This document shows positions 36,215 to 49,099 of a stretch of 64,000 nucleotides of DNA, piece by piece. Source of the stretch: Octopus sinensis (taxonomy: Eukaryota); the NCBI RefSeq assembly GCF_006345805.1, contig NC_043000.1:9920001-9984000 (forward strand). The letters run 5' to 3'. How positions within the stretch are numbered: position 1 is the first letter of the stretch; every line of letters starts with the position of its first letter. Under the pieces are notes generated by a model. It searched no databases. It worked only from the letters and a program-made list of their open reading frames with translations, and was not told the origin of the DNA. The position numbers and the translations under genes were made by a program.

Positions 36215-38330
36215 TTACATCTCCAGGCAGCTCACCCTTCTTTGCATTTCTGTGTCACGTGTTAAACATACACAACTGTTTAACACATTCTTTAAACACT
36301 TCTGCGGAATCTCTCGAGTATTTTGATGCGATGTCAAAATGAGATTCCTGTCTCGAACACTTATAGCATACACATACTGAGACAAGCATTATAGAGGCAA
36401 ATCTTGGTGTAATCTTTTAAGTTGCTGCCTAATCAGAGTCTTTTCTCAGTTGTTTCAAATGTGATTGCAATCTTTTCAATATCTAAGTTGATCTCGAAAT
36501 CTAAGGATCCGTAACCGGAAACAGAGATTAGGTACACGTAAGAATCCAATACATCATGTTTTCTCCCCTCATAAGGTATTAGGTTATAAATGCAGCTCAA
36601 CTGGAGCGAATTTAAACATCACCTTAATTTTCTTGAAGTTTATTTTATGTTCAAATGCAATACGCCCACTACAGAAAATGCCATTATTTTCCGAATGTTT
36701 TATTCACTAGTGTACAACAAATCACGAGTTTGGTGATTAAAAAAGCGCTGTCTTTGCTTTGAAACGACTTAGATATAATAATGTGTTAGTTGTGCGATAC
36801 AGGTTAAAGAAACTTGGATCATAATCTTAAAATAATGAATAATGATATCTGCAAAGTATATAAAGAATATAGTTGGCATAAGTATACACTTGCGCTTGAG
36901 GTCATAGTCCACAGTCTCAGTTCCGACAGAGCAACATCAGAATTAAATTGAACCTTCATAACAGTGCACAACTGGACCAATATATCAAAATCTAAGGTGA
37001 CACTCCGACTTTAACAGTTTACCACCGTAACATTTATATTTACAGGTCGAAATCTTTCGTGAGGTCAACAAAAACTTGCTAATGATAAAAAATGTTTGCC
37101 CTGTATACTTCTCCAGCAACTGACTGATGCTAAAGATCATATCTGTGATAGGTCTGTCAGATCTCCATCCACAATTATACTGAATCAACGATGAAACATA
37201 CGCGTGGTCTGATCAATAAATGTCCGGACTGAACCTAAAGCAGGCAGAGTAAAGTTGCTTGGCATAGAGTAACCTTGAAATTTTCTGTGCATGCGCACTA
37301 AGAGTTAACATTCTAGGTCACTTCGGCTATTTACAACAGTGCTTGGAATGAAGGTGTGTAACATGGGATCGACTCATTGACACTGAAAGAGTTGAGCAGA
37401 AAATCTGCATCAAATTTTGCCAAAACCTTGGCGCTATCTGCTCAGAGGCCTACGCAAAGTTTTCAAAAAATTTTAATCGTTCTTCACACAATCAAGAAGA
37501 TCTTGTGCAACTGAAACCCGGGTTTCTTTTTGGTCAGCTGAAAGCAGTTTTGGCACAAACTTAGCAGACACGCATCTCATACCCAAATCTTCAGTGATAA
37601 AGGACTGAACTGAACTGTAACTAATAAGATAGTAACTAATCTGATAACTCACGGCTGGGGATTCGATGATCTCCCCTCACAACTGCAATCACATCTGAGA
37701 TGTTTTTCTCAGTTTTCCTGGTTGCCGGTCTCCTAGAAAGTTCGTCAATATCAACATTTTTTCGGCCATTTTTGAAACGTCTGAACCACTCGTACACTTC
37801 TGTGCGGCTCATACACTCCTCTCCATACACTTTCTGCAACTTTGGATAGACTTCTGAGCAACTTTCTCAGTCATGGTCAATGTGACGGTCTCATGCTACA
37901 TACCTTCCTTCTAAGCACTGCTGTAAACAGTGAAAGTGAGCTAGAACGTTGAAACTTAATGCGTACGCACAGCAGAGTTTAAGGTCAGCTTTTCCCAAGC
38001 GGATTTACTCTGCGTGCCTTAGTTTCGTCACTATGGCAACAGCCCAGATACTTATTGATCAGACCTTTTATATGTCTGTAAACGATTCGATAAAAGACTG
38101 ATAATTGTTTCACTAACAGTTAGATATAACGAATTACATAAGTTACCACGGTTTGCTTTGACTTCTTTTACCCTGTACAGCGAAATCAGTAGTTTCTCTC
38201 CATTCCTGTGAAACTGCCGATTAATTCTATACTTTCAAATTTGTGAACACAAAGTTAGCCCTTATGTCCCCATTATGCTTTATAGCTTCAACTAGTGCAC
38301 TTTTAATTCCTGGTGCATTTTCCGAATTGG
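36215..38330 (-). pseudogene. Old RTE-clade LINE RT remnant, split by a mariner insertion
   Basis: CGWRSDRPITDMIFSISQLLEK (cf. QCGFR..RST.DMIF..RQL.EK) at 37100-37190. GSLDFEIN..I.K...TF and TKICLYNAC at 36390-36540. The RT N-terminal part continues after 38071. Confidence 0.65.
37201..38068 (-). mobile_element. Non-autonomous mariner element with long inverted arms
   Basis: TIRs GGTCTGATCAATAA at both ends, flanked by TA. ORF 37636-37839 LQKVYGEECMSRTEVYEWFRRFKNGR is the mariner N-terminal HTH. No catalytic domain. Confidence 0.88.
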
Positions 38331-38750
38331 GTTGTTTTATGATTGTATACTTCCTTTGTGTTAGGATTACTATTCAATAATATGAAACTGCAGAAAGTCT
38401 TCTGCGGCATTCATATATATTAGATGACGATCAATAAGGTTTGTACTGATATCGTACAACATAAATTCTTAATTTGAGAGTATTTTCTAGTTCATTAAAA
38501 TATAAATAGCTTAACACATACAACTGAAGATTTTGTCACACAACCAATGTCTTTTATTAACGAATAAAAGATCAAATATATTAACGTTACAGTTTTCTGG
38601 ACAATTAATCACGCTTTTAATTATGTATATGTGTTTGTGTTTGTGTGTATGTATGTATGCATGTGTATGTGCATGTCTGTGTAAGGTGTGTATGTATAAG
38701 GATTATAGACGCCATACGCAAGCGAGTTTGGCGTGGTGGTATGTACTGTA

Positions 38751-38968
38751 CCTATTTCTTTACTACCCACAAGGGGCTAAACACAGAGGGGACAAACAAG
38801 GACAGACAAACGGATTAAGTCGATTATATCGACCCAGTGCGTAACTGGTACTTATTTAATCGACCCCGAAAGTCGGCCTCGGCGGAATTTGAACTCAGAA
38901 CGTAGTGGCAGACGAAATACGGCTACGCATTTCGCCTGGCGTGCTAACATTCCTGCCAGTTCGTCGCC
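38751..38968 (-). mobile_element. SINE family B
   Basis: Head and B-box blocks as in the other copies. Confidence 0.85.
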
Positions 38969-39464
38969 AGTGGTATGTACTATACCATGCTTCTACTTAT
39001 TGCATTAGGTATCTATGTAATCGCGAACAGATACATTCTCAGCCCTCTCAAACTTTGCCCAGCGAAATTTCGACGGTTGAAAGAAAGAGAGTGGGTGCAC
39101 CAACATTTAGCTGGTTCTCACTTTTAGGCGAGCAGATGATAAAGTGAAGAGCCTTACTCAAGGACACAGCGGACTCCTGGTCTAGGAATCAACCTACAAT
39201 TTTATGATCGTGAACTGAACGCCCAACCACTAGTCCACTCACTTTCACACACATGAATATAACCGTTATCCTACCTAATCTACGTTTTAACTTTAAAGCA
39301 CTAGTTTTCATCATATATCTTTCACTAAGACATGCGTATGGCCTCAGACTTGATTACATTAATAATATAAAACCTGGTAACACCTGCATATCAGGTTGAT
39401 TTAAAAGTACATATGCACTCTAAAGGTCAGATTACTTATCAGGGATAAAAATATATTTATTACA

Positions 39465-39653
39465 GAGTGGCTGTGTGGTAAGTAGCTTGCTTACCAACCA
39501 CATGGTTCCGGGTTCAGTCCCACTGCATGGCACCTTGGGCAAGTGTCTTCTACTATAGCCTCGGGCCGACCAAAGCCTTGTGAGTGGATTTGGTGGACGG
39601 AAACTGAAAGAAGCCCGTACGTATATATGTATATGTTTATATATATGTTTGCA

Positions 39654-39700
<47 letters not shown>

Positions 39701-39912
39701 TTGTGTGTCTGTGTTTGTCCCCCAACATCGCTTGACAACCGATGTTGGTGTGTATACGTTCCCGTAAATTAGCGGTTCGGCAAAAAAGACCGATAGAATA
39801 AGTTCTAGGCTTACAAAGAATAAGTCCTGGGGTAGATTTGCTCGATTAAAGGCAGTGCTCCAGCATGGCCACAGTCAAATGACTGAAATAAGTAAAAGAG
39901 TAAAAAGAGTAA
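39465..39912 (+). mobile_element. SINE family A, full length
   Basis: All family A blocks present, AAGAGT tail. Confidence 0.9.
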
Positions 39913-40647
39913 ACGAATACATGCATAGATATGAATATAGATAAAATGTGTTATAAAAAACCTGCTTATAATTTGAGTTTTCTAGAGATATCATGAATTG
40001 ATACCGTGAGTTACTGAAAGTCGGGTATAATAATATATCTATTAAGTTGTGACTTCAAATTTTGGAACTAATTATCACATCTCCGACCCACGAACAAAAT
40101 ATGAATTATGAAACAGGAGAAACTTAATAAAATATATTCAGAAAACGAAAGCAATATATATATATTGTTTAATCGTTCGATTTGCAAAATGCTTCAGCCT
40201 CACTGCATCGCAACCTCTCACACTTCGAGTTAGTTAGAGGTGGAACTTGTGAACCTAACCCATGCTCGTTTTTACTGATTTTCTTCTTTTTTGTCATCTT
40301 TCTTCTTTTTCTAGCCTCTCAAGGACTTATCTCTAGCATCTAACGAAAGATTATATCCGACACGTTATGAATTTTACTCTCTACAACTTTTATTCTTTCT
40401 TTAGGTGTCGACTGATGACGAGCAAAGAATCAGAAACTAGTCTCTGGTTGCAGGCTTAGCTGGGTGGAAGTGCTTGTCTCCCCCTTGTAAACATAAGGAC
40501 ACAGGAAAACAGGAAATGTGTCAAGACCGACAGGAAGCGTTGATGCTTACTAGGGCTAAATAGCAGTGGTGTGATTTCCCTCATGGGACTGTCACATCGA
40601 GTTGACAGTATACAATTACTCTCTCTCTCCCTCTCTCCCCCTCTCTC

Positions 40648-40702
<55 letters not shown>

Positions 40703-40748
40703 ATATATTTATATGTATGTTTATATATATATATATATAATATATATA

Positions 40749-40788
<40 letters not shown>

Positions 40789-41006
40789 GTATATATATAA
40801 AATTAGAAAATGGAGAAACATACTTAAATCAATCAAACATCAACCATCAGATGGTACCCAATCAATACTTTATACACCATTACATAACAGCAAAGGACTT
40901 ATACAAAATATATTGTAAATATAATTAGACAAGAAATAGAAATATAAAATATAATATCTAATTATATCATATCTGACAGAGAGAGAGAGAGAGAGAGAGA
41001 AGAGAG

Positions 41007-41037
<31 letters not shown>

Positions 41038-41050
41038 GAGATAGATAGAT

Positions 41051-41095
<45 letters not shown>

Positions 41096-41697
41096 CGGAG
41101 AGATATGCAGACAGACAAACAGACAGACAGATAGATAGATAAATATATTATATAAATATTTATGCATGAAGATCATGGAAGTGGAAGAGTCATTTTAGAT
41201 ATTTAAGAACATGAAGATAATCACTTAACGTTTATTTCTTAATGTTATACTTTATTGAAATGCGTGGAAAAAAAACCTGCTAGGATTTGTGCAACGTAGC
41301 CACTGACACAATTCCATTCTTCAGTTGAAAATCAGCCATTAGTATCTTTTTAAAGCTACTATTATTTCCTCTGTTCTTTCTTTATTTCTTCTCTTTTCCT
41401 TTATTTCCTCTGTTCTTTCTTTATGCATTTCTTTTTTCTCCTTTTTTCTTTTCTCTTTGCACTTCTACTTTTAATTAACTTCAAAGATGTCGGTTTAATA
41501 GATATTAGTTCAAGCTTTAGTTGGTTTCCATTAAAAAAAAATTCGATCATGTGAATCAACACACTCTTAGAACACTAGAGTTGCTGATATTTTTTTAGTT
41601 ACTTAAGGATTCAATTCCTCTATGTTTATTCTCTTTTTGAGTTATATACTAATATCGTTATTTAATTTAGTTATACACTAATTTAGTTTTTAATATA

Positions 41698-41792
41698 CAG
41701 TAATCCCTCGCCATATTGCGGTTCACCTATCGCGGTTCACCTATCGCGGGAGGTTTTGAAATGTTACACCCGCGTTAGTCGAGGGATTACTG
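41698..41792. mobile_element. 95-bp Tigger/pogo-type MITE
   Basis: Perfect 13-bp TIR CAGTAATCCCTCG, with TA on both sides. Confidence 0.85.
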
Positions 41793-41875
41793 TATTTTCA
41801 TTAACATTTAGTTTTGTTTTTCATAAATATTGCTAATATATTCTATACTGTGCAATATTTATATATATATATATA

Positions 41876-42121
41876 AGTAATGTTCCTTCCCGAGTCATAC
41901 AGACTCATAAAGGCCGGTTTCCCGGTTTCCATGGCGTAAAAATTTCCCACCTGGAAGGAACGCCAATCCATCGCAGGATTACTCAATTTTGCTTGCTGAG
42001 TGAACTGGAGCGACGTAAAATGAGGTGTTTTCTCAAGAACACAACGCTTGCCCGGTCCAGGAATCGAAACCACAATCTTACAATCATGAGTCCAACACCC
42101 TAATCACTGAGCCACGCGCCT
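41876..42121 (-). mobile_element. CORE-type SINE (family D head) with tail T2
   Basis: GGCGCGTGGCTCAGTGATTAGGG head, CORE-like block, tail GCGATGGATTGGCG...GCCATGGAAACCGGGAAACCGG. Confidence 0.8.
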
Positions 42122-42153
<32 letters not shown>

Positions 42154-42411
42154 CACACACACACATTATGATATGTTCAGGAGCGTGAGCGTTAACTTTT
42201 CAACTACATAACAAGTACAATTTTAAAAAAATATAACGGACAAAATAATTAAGGTAAATAGAATCTACAACTATCAAAATATATTTCCATATATCTCAAA
42301 TAATATTAATCAAAATTTGTTTAGGTCGAAGACAATCTTTGGCTATTGTAATAACATACAACGACAATGTATAAGTATATAAATGAATTAAGTATCAGGG
42401 TCTTACTTAAT

Positions 42412-42442
<31 letters not shown>

Positions 42443-44068
42443 ATTTGGCTCAAAAGCAAATAGCAAGGCCATGTAGGGGGACATGGAGTTAAGTACAGGG
42501 TGGTGTTCATGTAAAGAGTTCAGGCCACTTGAGGTCCAGGGAGGCTTTGAACAAAGCGGTCGTCGGCATCTTCACCATCTCGTCTGGCAGCTTGTTCCAC
42601 GGATCCGCAACCCGGACAGGGAGAAAGCTCCTCTCTTCGATTGAGATGAAATCGTCGCAGGTAGAGCTTTTCGGAATGACCCGCAGCCGACGCTCGGAGC
42701 AGGAGTGAAGAACAGCTCTTTCGAGAGGTTACACTTCCCGCTTATGATGTTGTGGGCGAGAATGAGATCACCACGGCGGCGGCGTTTTTCAAGAGAATAA
42801 AGGTCGAGCGTCCTCAGCCTTTCTTCGTAGGACAAATGTTTGAGACCATGAACCATGCGGGTAGCCAGCCTCTGGACTCTTTCGAGGTGCTGTATGTCTT
42901 GAGGAGATAAGAGAAGAGGCTTGAATCCATACTCCAATATGGGTCTCACCAGCGTGACATAGAGTGGCAGGAATATGGCTGCTGTGAGCATTCCGAATGA
43001 CCGTCGAATCAAAAACAGAATTCCGCGCGCTTTGTTGGCAGCATGGACGCACTGGGCCGAAGGCGAAAAGGAGGAATCCACCAAGATACCCAGGCTTTAC
43101 CTGATCGGTCCTCTCCAGCAGCAGACGACCCGGCTCGAAATCAAGTTGAGTTGCAGGAGTAGAGCCGACAGGCAGATGACAGCACTTTGACACGTTCAGA
43201 CACAGGTCCCAATCGTTAGACCACTTCCAAATTGGTGGAGGCATCGACGAAGATCCTCTATACTACCGCGAGGAGCGACCAGTTTGATATCGTCGGCAAA
43301 TAGAAGGGTGTGTTGCGTGAGGTCGTCGGGCAAGTCATTTATGAAGACTAAGAACAACAAGGGCCCAAGCACTGAACCTTGAGGCATGCCACTGCTCGCA
43401 CTGGAGACGTCGGACCGCGAACCATTAACTTGAACTTGGAAGGAGCGATCTGAGAGGAAGGCACCAACCCATCGTACAATATCCGGATGGAAACTATATG
43501 CTTGAAGCTTGACAAGTAGTAGGCGGTGGTTTACCGAGTCAAAAGCTTTGGCAAAGTCCAATAAAACGATGTCAACAGCATCGCTATCATCGAGGATGCG
43601 CGTCACCAATTCTTCCATTACTAGTAAGTTGGTCAAGCATGATCTCTTCGGCACGAAGCCGTGTTGGGAATCAGTGATCGAGGCTGTGTTTAGGAGGTGG
43701 AGCATCATACTTTTCTTCAGGATGGTTTCGAACATCTTGCTGATTATTGATGTAAGGGAAACCGGTCGGTAGTTAAACGGGTCTTCGCGGCTCCCTTTCT
43801 TGAAAATTGGGCAGATTATCGCTGTTCTCCAGTCTGCAGGTATAACACCCGTCGCCAATGACATATTGAATAGTCGTGTTAAGGGCTCGCAGATGACCGG
43901 AGCCAACGCTTTGATAACCCGTGGGTGTATGCCGTCAGGGCCGTGACCTTTGTTGACATCGAAGCCTTGGTCCCGCGTGATGATCAATCGAAGCATTGGA
44001 GGTACCGATCTATCAAATGGAGGGGGTTCACGACCATCATCTTGTTTGAAAATAGAGACGGTAACCAT
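42412..44068 (-). mobile_element. CR1-clade LINE, 5'-truncated, complete RT domain with frameshifts
   Basis: ORF 43196-44068 has GPDGIHPRVIK, NYRPVSLTS, QHGFVPKRSCLTNLL, DFAKAFDSV, QGSVLGPLLF, LLFADDIKL. It continues in 42789-43244 and 42572-43084. (TAAC)n tail at 42412-42442. Confidence 0.93.
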
Positions 44069-44074
44069 ATATTA

Positions 44075-44225
44075 TTAGCTCGCTGGGTAAATTGCTTGGC
44101 AGCATTTCGTCCGTCTTTACGCTATGAGTTCAAATTCCGCCGAAGTCGACTTTACCTTTCATCCCCCGCCCCGAGGTCGATGGAATAAGTACCAGTTGTG
44201 CATCGGGGTCGATATAATCGATTTA
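44075..44225 (+). mobile_element. Diverged SINE family B fragment
   Basis: GAGTTCAAATTCCGCCGAAGTCGACTTTACCTTTCATCC. Confidence 0.7.
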
Positions 44226-44474
44226 CACACACCCTTGACATCGCTGAGCCTGGGCGAAAATTTGAAACCAATATATAGTAAGAGTGATGACCTCGAACAG
44301 TAATGCATAAAATACCGTATGGCAAATGAATATAACGCCTATAATGCAATTGGTAAGATCACATGCCCGTTAACATCCATTTATCCTGCTGAAGTAGTTC
44401 TTTTGAGCTGTCACATGCGGTAGCAGGCATAGAATTTGAGAAAGCAGGATAGTCTGTTATTTTTAGTAGTACCA

Positions 44475-44621
44475 TAGGCGTAGGAGTGGTTGTGTGGTAA
44501 GTAGCTTGCTTACGAACCACATGGTTCCGGGTTCAGTCCCACTGCAAGTATCTTCTACTCGGGCAGACCAAAGCCTTGTGGGTGGATTTGGTAGACGGAA
44601 ACTGAAAGAAGGCACGTCGTA

Positions 44622-44685
<64 letters not shown>

Positions 44686-44711
44686 GTGTGTGGTGTGTGT
44701 GTGTGTGTGTG

Positions 44712-44746
<35 letters not shown>

Positions 44747-44975
44747 TGTGTGTGTGTGTGTGTACGTTTGTGTGTCTGTCTTTGTGCCCCAACATCGCTT
44801 GACAACCGATGCTGGCGTGTTTACGTCCCTGTAACCTAGCGGTTCGGCAAAAAACTGATAGAATAAGTACTAGGTTTACAAAGAATAAGTCCTGGGGTCG
44901 ATTTGCTCGACTAAAGGCAGTGCTCCAGCATGGCCACAGCCTGATTGAAGCAAGTAAAAGAGTAAAAGAGTAAAA
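44475..44975 (+). mobile_element. SINE family A, full length
   Basis: All family A blocks present. Confidence 0.9.
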
Positions 44976-45286
44976 AGTATAGCACCACAGACACTACAAT
45001 AGGACAAGGCAAGCAGCATAGTCTAAGTGGATTTTTATGATCATTTCTTAAGTCATATATTTATCTTTTATCTTACACTTGTTTCAGCCATTCAACTGCA
45101 GCGATGTCGGTGAATGACCTGGAAGTGCTTACTCGAACGAATCAACCCGGGTATTTATTTTATAAAAGTCTGGTACTTATTCTAGCGGTCTCCTTTTGCA
45201 GAAGCACTAGTTTACGGGATCATAAACAATCCAACAACCGTTTGTGAAGCGGTGTGGGGGATAAACAAACGCAAAGACATATATAT

Positions 45287-45346
<60 letters not shown>

Positions 45347-45353
45347 ACATACA

Positions 45354-45419
<66 letters not shown>

Positions 45420-45524
45420 CATTATATGTATATATATATATATATATAATATATATATATATATACATATATACATATATATATACACTACATATAATAT
45501 ATATATATATATAATGTATGTATG

Positions 45525-45555
<31 letters not shown>

Positions 45556-45849
45556 ATATATATATAATATATATATATAATATATTATATATATATATAT
45601 ATATATATGCTGTATGATGCTAGGGAACATTCTTTTCTTTTTGTAGTTAGAGATCGTATGTGATCTTCATCTAGCATATTGGTTATCCACCTAGTGGTTA
45701 TCCCTAAATATACACATGTACTGCAATTTTTTCTGATTTTTTAGATTTTAGATTTTCTATATGCTAGGCTACTGGTTTTAAATTGATATTAATTGAATTA
45801 ATATTCAATTTATCACCCTCGTTATTTAAATTATATATATATATATATA

Positions 45850-46060
45850 TATAGTTAATCTAAACATGAAAGCACAAAAAAACACAACAACGCGAGGACG
45901 TGGAACAAATATAGTATTATTGGACGCTCAGGAAAGAAGGAAAGAAGGAGGGTTTAACGTTTCGAGCGGAGCTCTTCGTCGGAAAAATATGAGAAAGAAA
46001 GATCCAGAGAAGGGAAGACAGAGGAAAAAAAGTCGCCAACGCTACACACGCGGTCAGATA
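45850..46060 (-). mobile_element. Penelope-like fragment family P6
   Basis: Homologous to 49745-49935 (opposite strand) and 60545-60735. Contains GACGAAGAGCTCCGCTCGAAACGTTAAAC. Confidence 0.6.
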
Positions 46061-46084
46061 GATAGATAGATAGATAGATATACA

Positions 46085-46255
46085 ACGGACTAGCTCAGTT
46101 TCCGTGTAACACATTCCTTTGCAAGACGTTCATCGGGTCGGGTCGGATTTTGGGTCGAGACTATAATAGAAGACACCCAAGTTACCACGCCGTGGGACCG
46201 AACCCGAAACCACGTGGTTGCAAAGTTAGCTTCTTAACCATACAGCCATGCCTAT
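46085..46255 (-). mobile_element. SINE family A-related 5' half (diverged)
   Basis: GGCATGGCTGTATGGTTAAGAAGC...GGTTCGGTCCC on the minus strand. Confidence 0.7.
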
Positions 46256-46778
46256 GACATAGTGAATCTCAATATAACAAGCCTCAACTTTATTCGCAGT
46301 TTATTTCTCAGACTTTAAAACGCTTCACAACATTCCCTTGTGAGCAGTTAGAACTTTCTAATTCTTTGCATTATTATCTAAAGTTACTTTCCTCATATCT
46401 TTAATGCGCAGTAACATGCTATCACATAATTCAACAGGTTATCAACATCCTACTTGAATAACCAACAGGGAAGCATACGATTTCCTTATCTATTAATCCG
46501 TTTTCTAAATTTAGTTAAACTCCGATACTGAGGCTATGGGTCTTCCGCAAGTTTTTTTAAAAATTTAGTTATGTATTTTGAAATTACGTTACGAAAATTA
46601 GATCAAGCTAATAAGAATTTCGTCTCCATGTTAGTTTCAGCGTTAGATGGTATGCATACCTTTTGTTGAATGGCAAGCTGGTGAGGTAATTCTTTCCAGA
46701 TTAAAAGAGTTCTGTTTTTCGTCAAGAAATACCTTTAAGAATTTTTCTAAATCAAATACAAATTCTGATAGTTACGTA

Positions 46779-46976
46779 CTGAGTAGGCCAAAAGCCACGC
46801 ACAAAACAAGTTCAATACGCTTCGAAATTGTCAAAGACATACTTCAGTATTTCTTAAATTGAATAAATTAATAACGAATACACACGTACTTGTACATGAT
46901 GGACAAAATGAATACTAATGATAATAATGTAATATAAGTATCAAATGTTTTGGTGCGTGACTTTTGGCTCACCCTA
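46779..46976. mobile_element. ~200-bp Tc1/mariner-type MITE
   Basis: Imperfect TIRs G(G/A)GT(G/A)(A/G)GCCAAAAG(C/T)CACGCAC-AAAACA, TA-flanked. Confidence 0.65.
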
Positions 46977-47030
46977 TACATATATACGTATATATGTGTG
47001 TGTGTGTGTGCGATAGTGTGTGTGAGTATA

Positions 47031-47433
47031 TCAAAATAATTCAGCTTGTCATTACGTTACTTAGCCCGTCGGTAACGCTTTCACGTGATTAGAGAGAAAG
47101 AGGGAGAAAGAAAAGTGGGAGAGAGAAAAAGTGGGTGAGAGAAGCCTTCATGACGTGAGGTAGAGGGAACGTAATTGTAACGCTTTCACTTGATTGATTA
47201 GTTGAAGGGAAAGAGAGAATGAGAGAAAGAAAAAGGAGAGAGAGAAAAAGAGGATAAAGCGAAGAGATAGAGAGAAAAAGTGGGAAAGAGAAACGATGGA
47301 GAGAGAAGCGTCCATGATATGTGGTAGGGGAAACGTAATATTTATTATGTGATTAAACAAAGTTAGTTGAAGGTAGTGATATACAGGAGAGTTAGGAATA
47401 TAATTTTAGCAGAGGGCTGATGTTTGATACAGA

Positions 47434-47495
<62 letters not shown>

Positions 47496-48390
47496 GAGAG
47501 ATCATGGTGGTGGTTGAGGTGGCGATGGTGAGTGCATAGTGAAAACAAATTTCTTTTCTATTGAACTAAGTTTTTTTTTTTATATCACATATCACTTAAC
47601 GCATGCGCATTCCAAACTTCCATTCACTTTAAAAATAAACCAGTTTCCCGTTCGCCTGTCATGTGCAATGACTCTCAAAATATCACATGGGCAGACATTT
47701 GATAAAGTGAGGTTGTTCTTGTCTGAACCTGTATTTGGTCATGGTAAGCTATATGTTGCATTCTCAAGGGCTGGCAAATTACTTGATGTAAGAGTTAAAG
47801 TTATTAACAATGACAAACAAGGGAAAAGAAGAGTGAGAACTTACACGTAGAACATAGTCTGCGAAGAAGTATTGGATTGAAAGGTATACGCAAATTGAAA
47901 TGTCTATTGGCTCTGACCCATCCCCTTGGCTTATAAGTTACCAGCAATGTGGTTTTCAGAGTATGCCATGTTGCATTAAATTTTTTCCACAGTGAAATTG
48001 TGAACCATATATTTTACATATAGAATAATTGTTTTTTTACTATAAAATTTTTGTTTTCTAGATATGAAATAGTGATCATGTAAATTTTAGAATGTAATTT
48101 TTCTGTTCATGGGGAAAACGCAAAAAAAAAAAGATTGGATATTTATTTCATGAACGCTGTGTATTAAGTCTATAAAATTGTGCATAAAGTGTATAAAGTA
48201 TATATATATATATATAACGCATTAAGTAACCATCGTATTCCAATTTCCTTCACTTTTCAATGAATAGCAGGTGAGCGACTGTCTTTTGATACAGACACAA
48301 CACAGACTATGCTTTCAGGCATAATCCATTTTCAGGAATAATCCAATAGATTTTTTATTGCTTCCGTGGAATGTTCACAGATTCCGCTAG
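47031..48390 (+). mobile_element. Helitron derivative retaining a PIF1 helicase C-terminal fragment
   Basis: QFPVRLSCAMTLKISHGQTFDKV..FLSEPVFGHGKLYVAFSR (helicase motifs V/VI, 47600-47870). The 3' end CCGTGGAATGTTCACAG..CTAG|T is at 48387-48391. The 5' A|TC at 47031 is tentative. Confidence 0.75.
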
Positions 48391-48424
48391 TATATAAGCA
48401 TCGATTTGTATATATATAACGATA

Positions 48425-48576
48425 TATAGTGAGAATTTACAAAAAAAGAATAAGACGAAGACGGGTGTGTAAACAACAAACAGATGTATTAGTTTATTGT
48501 TCGGAAGTGAGAAAGTCTTTTACGTTTAGAGCCTACGCTCTTCGACAGAAAGGAACACAGAAATAAACAGGGAGAA

Positions 48577-48580
<4 letters not shown>
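48425..48580 (-). mobile_element. Penelope-like fragment family P3
   Basis: CTTTCTGTCGAAGAGCGTAGGCTCTAAACGTAAAAG motif, in a TA tract. Confidence 0.55.
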
Positions 48581-48612
<32 letters not shown>

Positions 48613-49099
48613 CGATTTATATATACGTAAGCGAACTTTAGGTTAGGTAAAACACGTTTGTGACTATTCCAACTTCTAAAGGAAAATTCACTGCTGTTAC
48701 CGTCGGATTCCCAGACGCGTTTCTAGCTCTTCAGCCGTTATCAATGGGAAATACCGAAAAGAGGCAACTCTGGACAAAATTAAAGCTGTAGATTTAACTA
48801 AAGCACAGTCAGCAACATCGACTAAGTTACACTGTTAGACCGTCAGGTCAGAAAATATTTTAGCAGTATCAGCGTCGAGCAGTGTTTAGGCATAAGCGAA
48901 GGTTAGTAAAATATGTTTGTAACATATTTCAACTTCTAAAGGCAAATTCATTGCCATTACCGTGGTATTTTAATATGCTTTTATTCTTATTTATAGTAAC
49001 ATGATTTTACATGCTTTTAATGTTTTTTAGTGTTTTTACGATTCCAATATTATTGGCGATCCGACGTAAAGTCGAATAAAACGACTTGACTTGATTCTT

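Noticed and set aside
42412-42442. (TTAG)n/(TAAC)n as a telomeric repeat
   Set aside because: Short, and found exactly at the 3' end of both CR1 copies, so it is the LINE tail.
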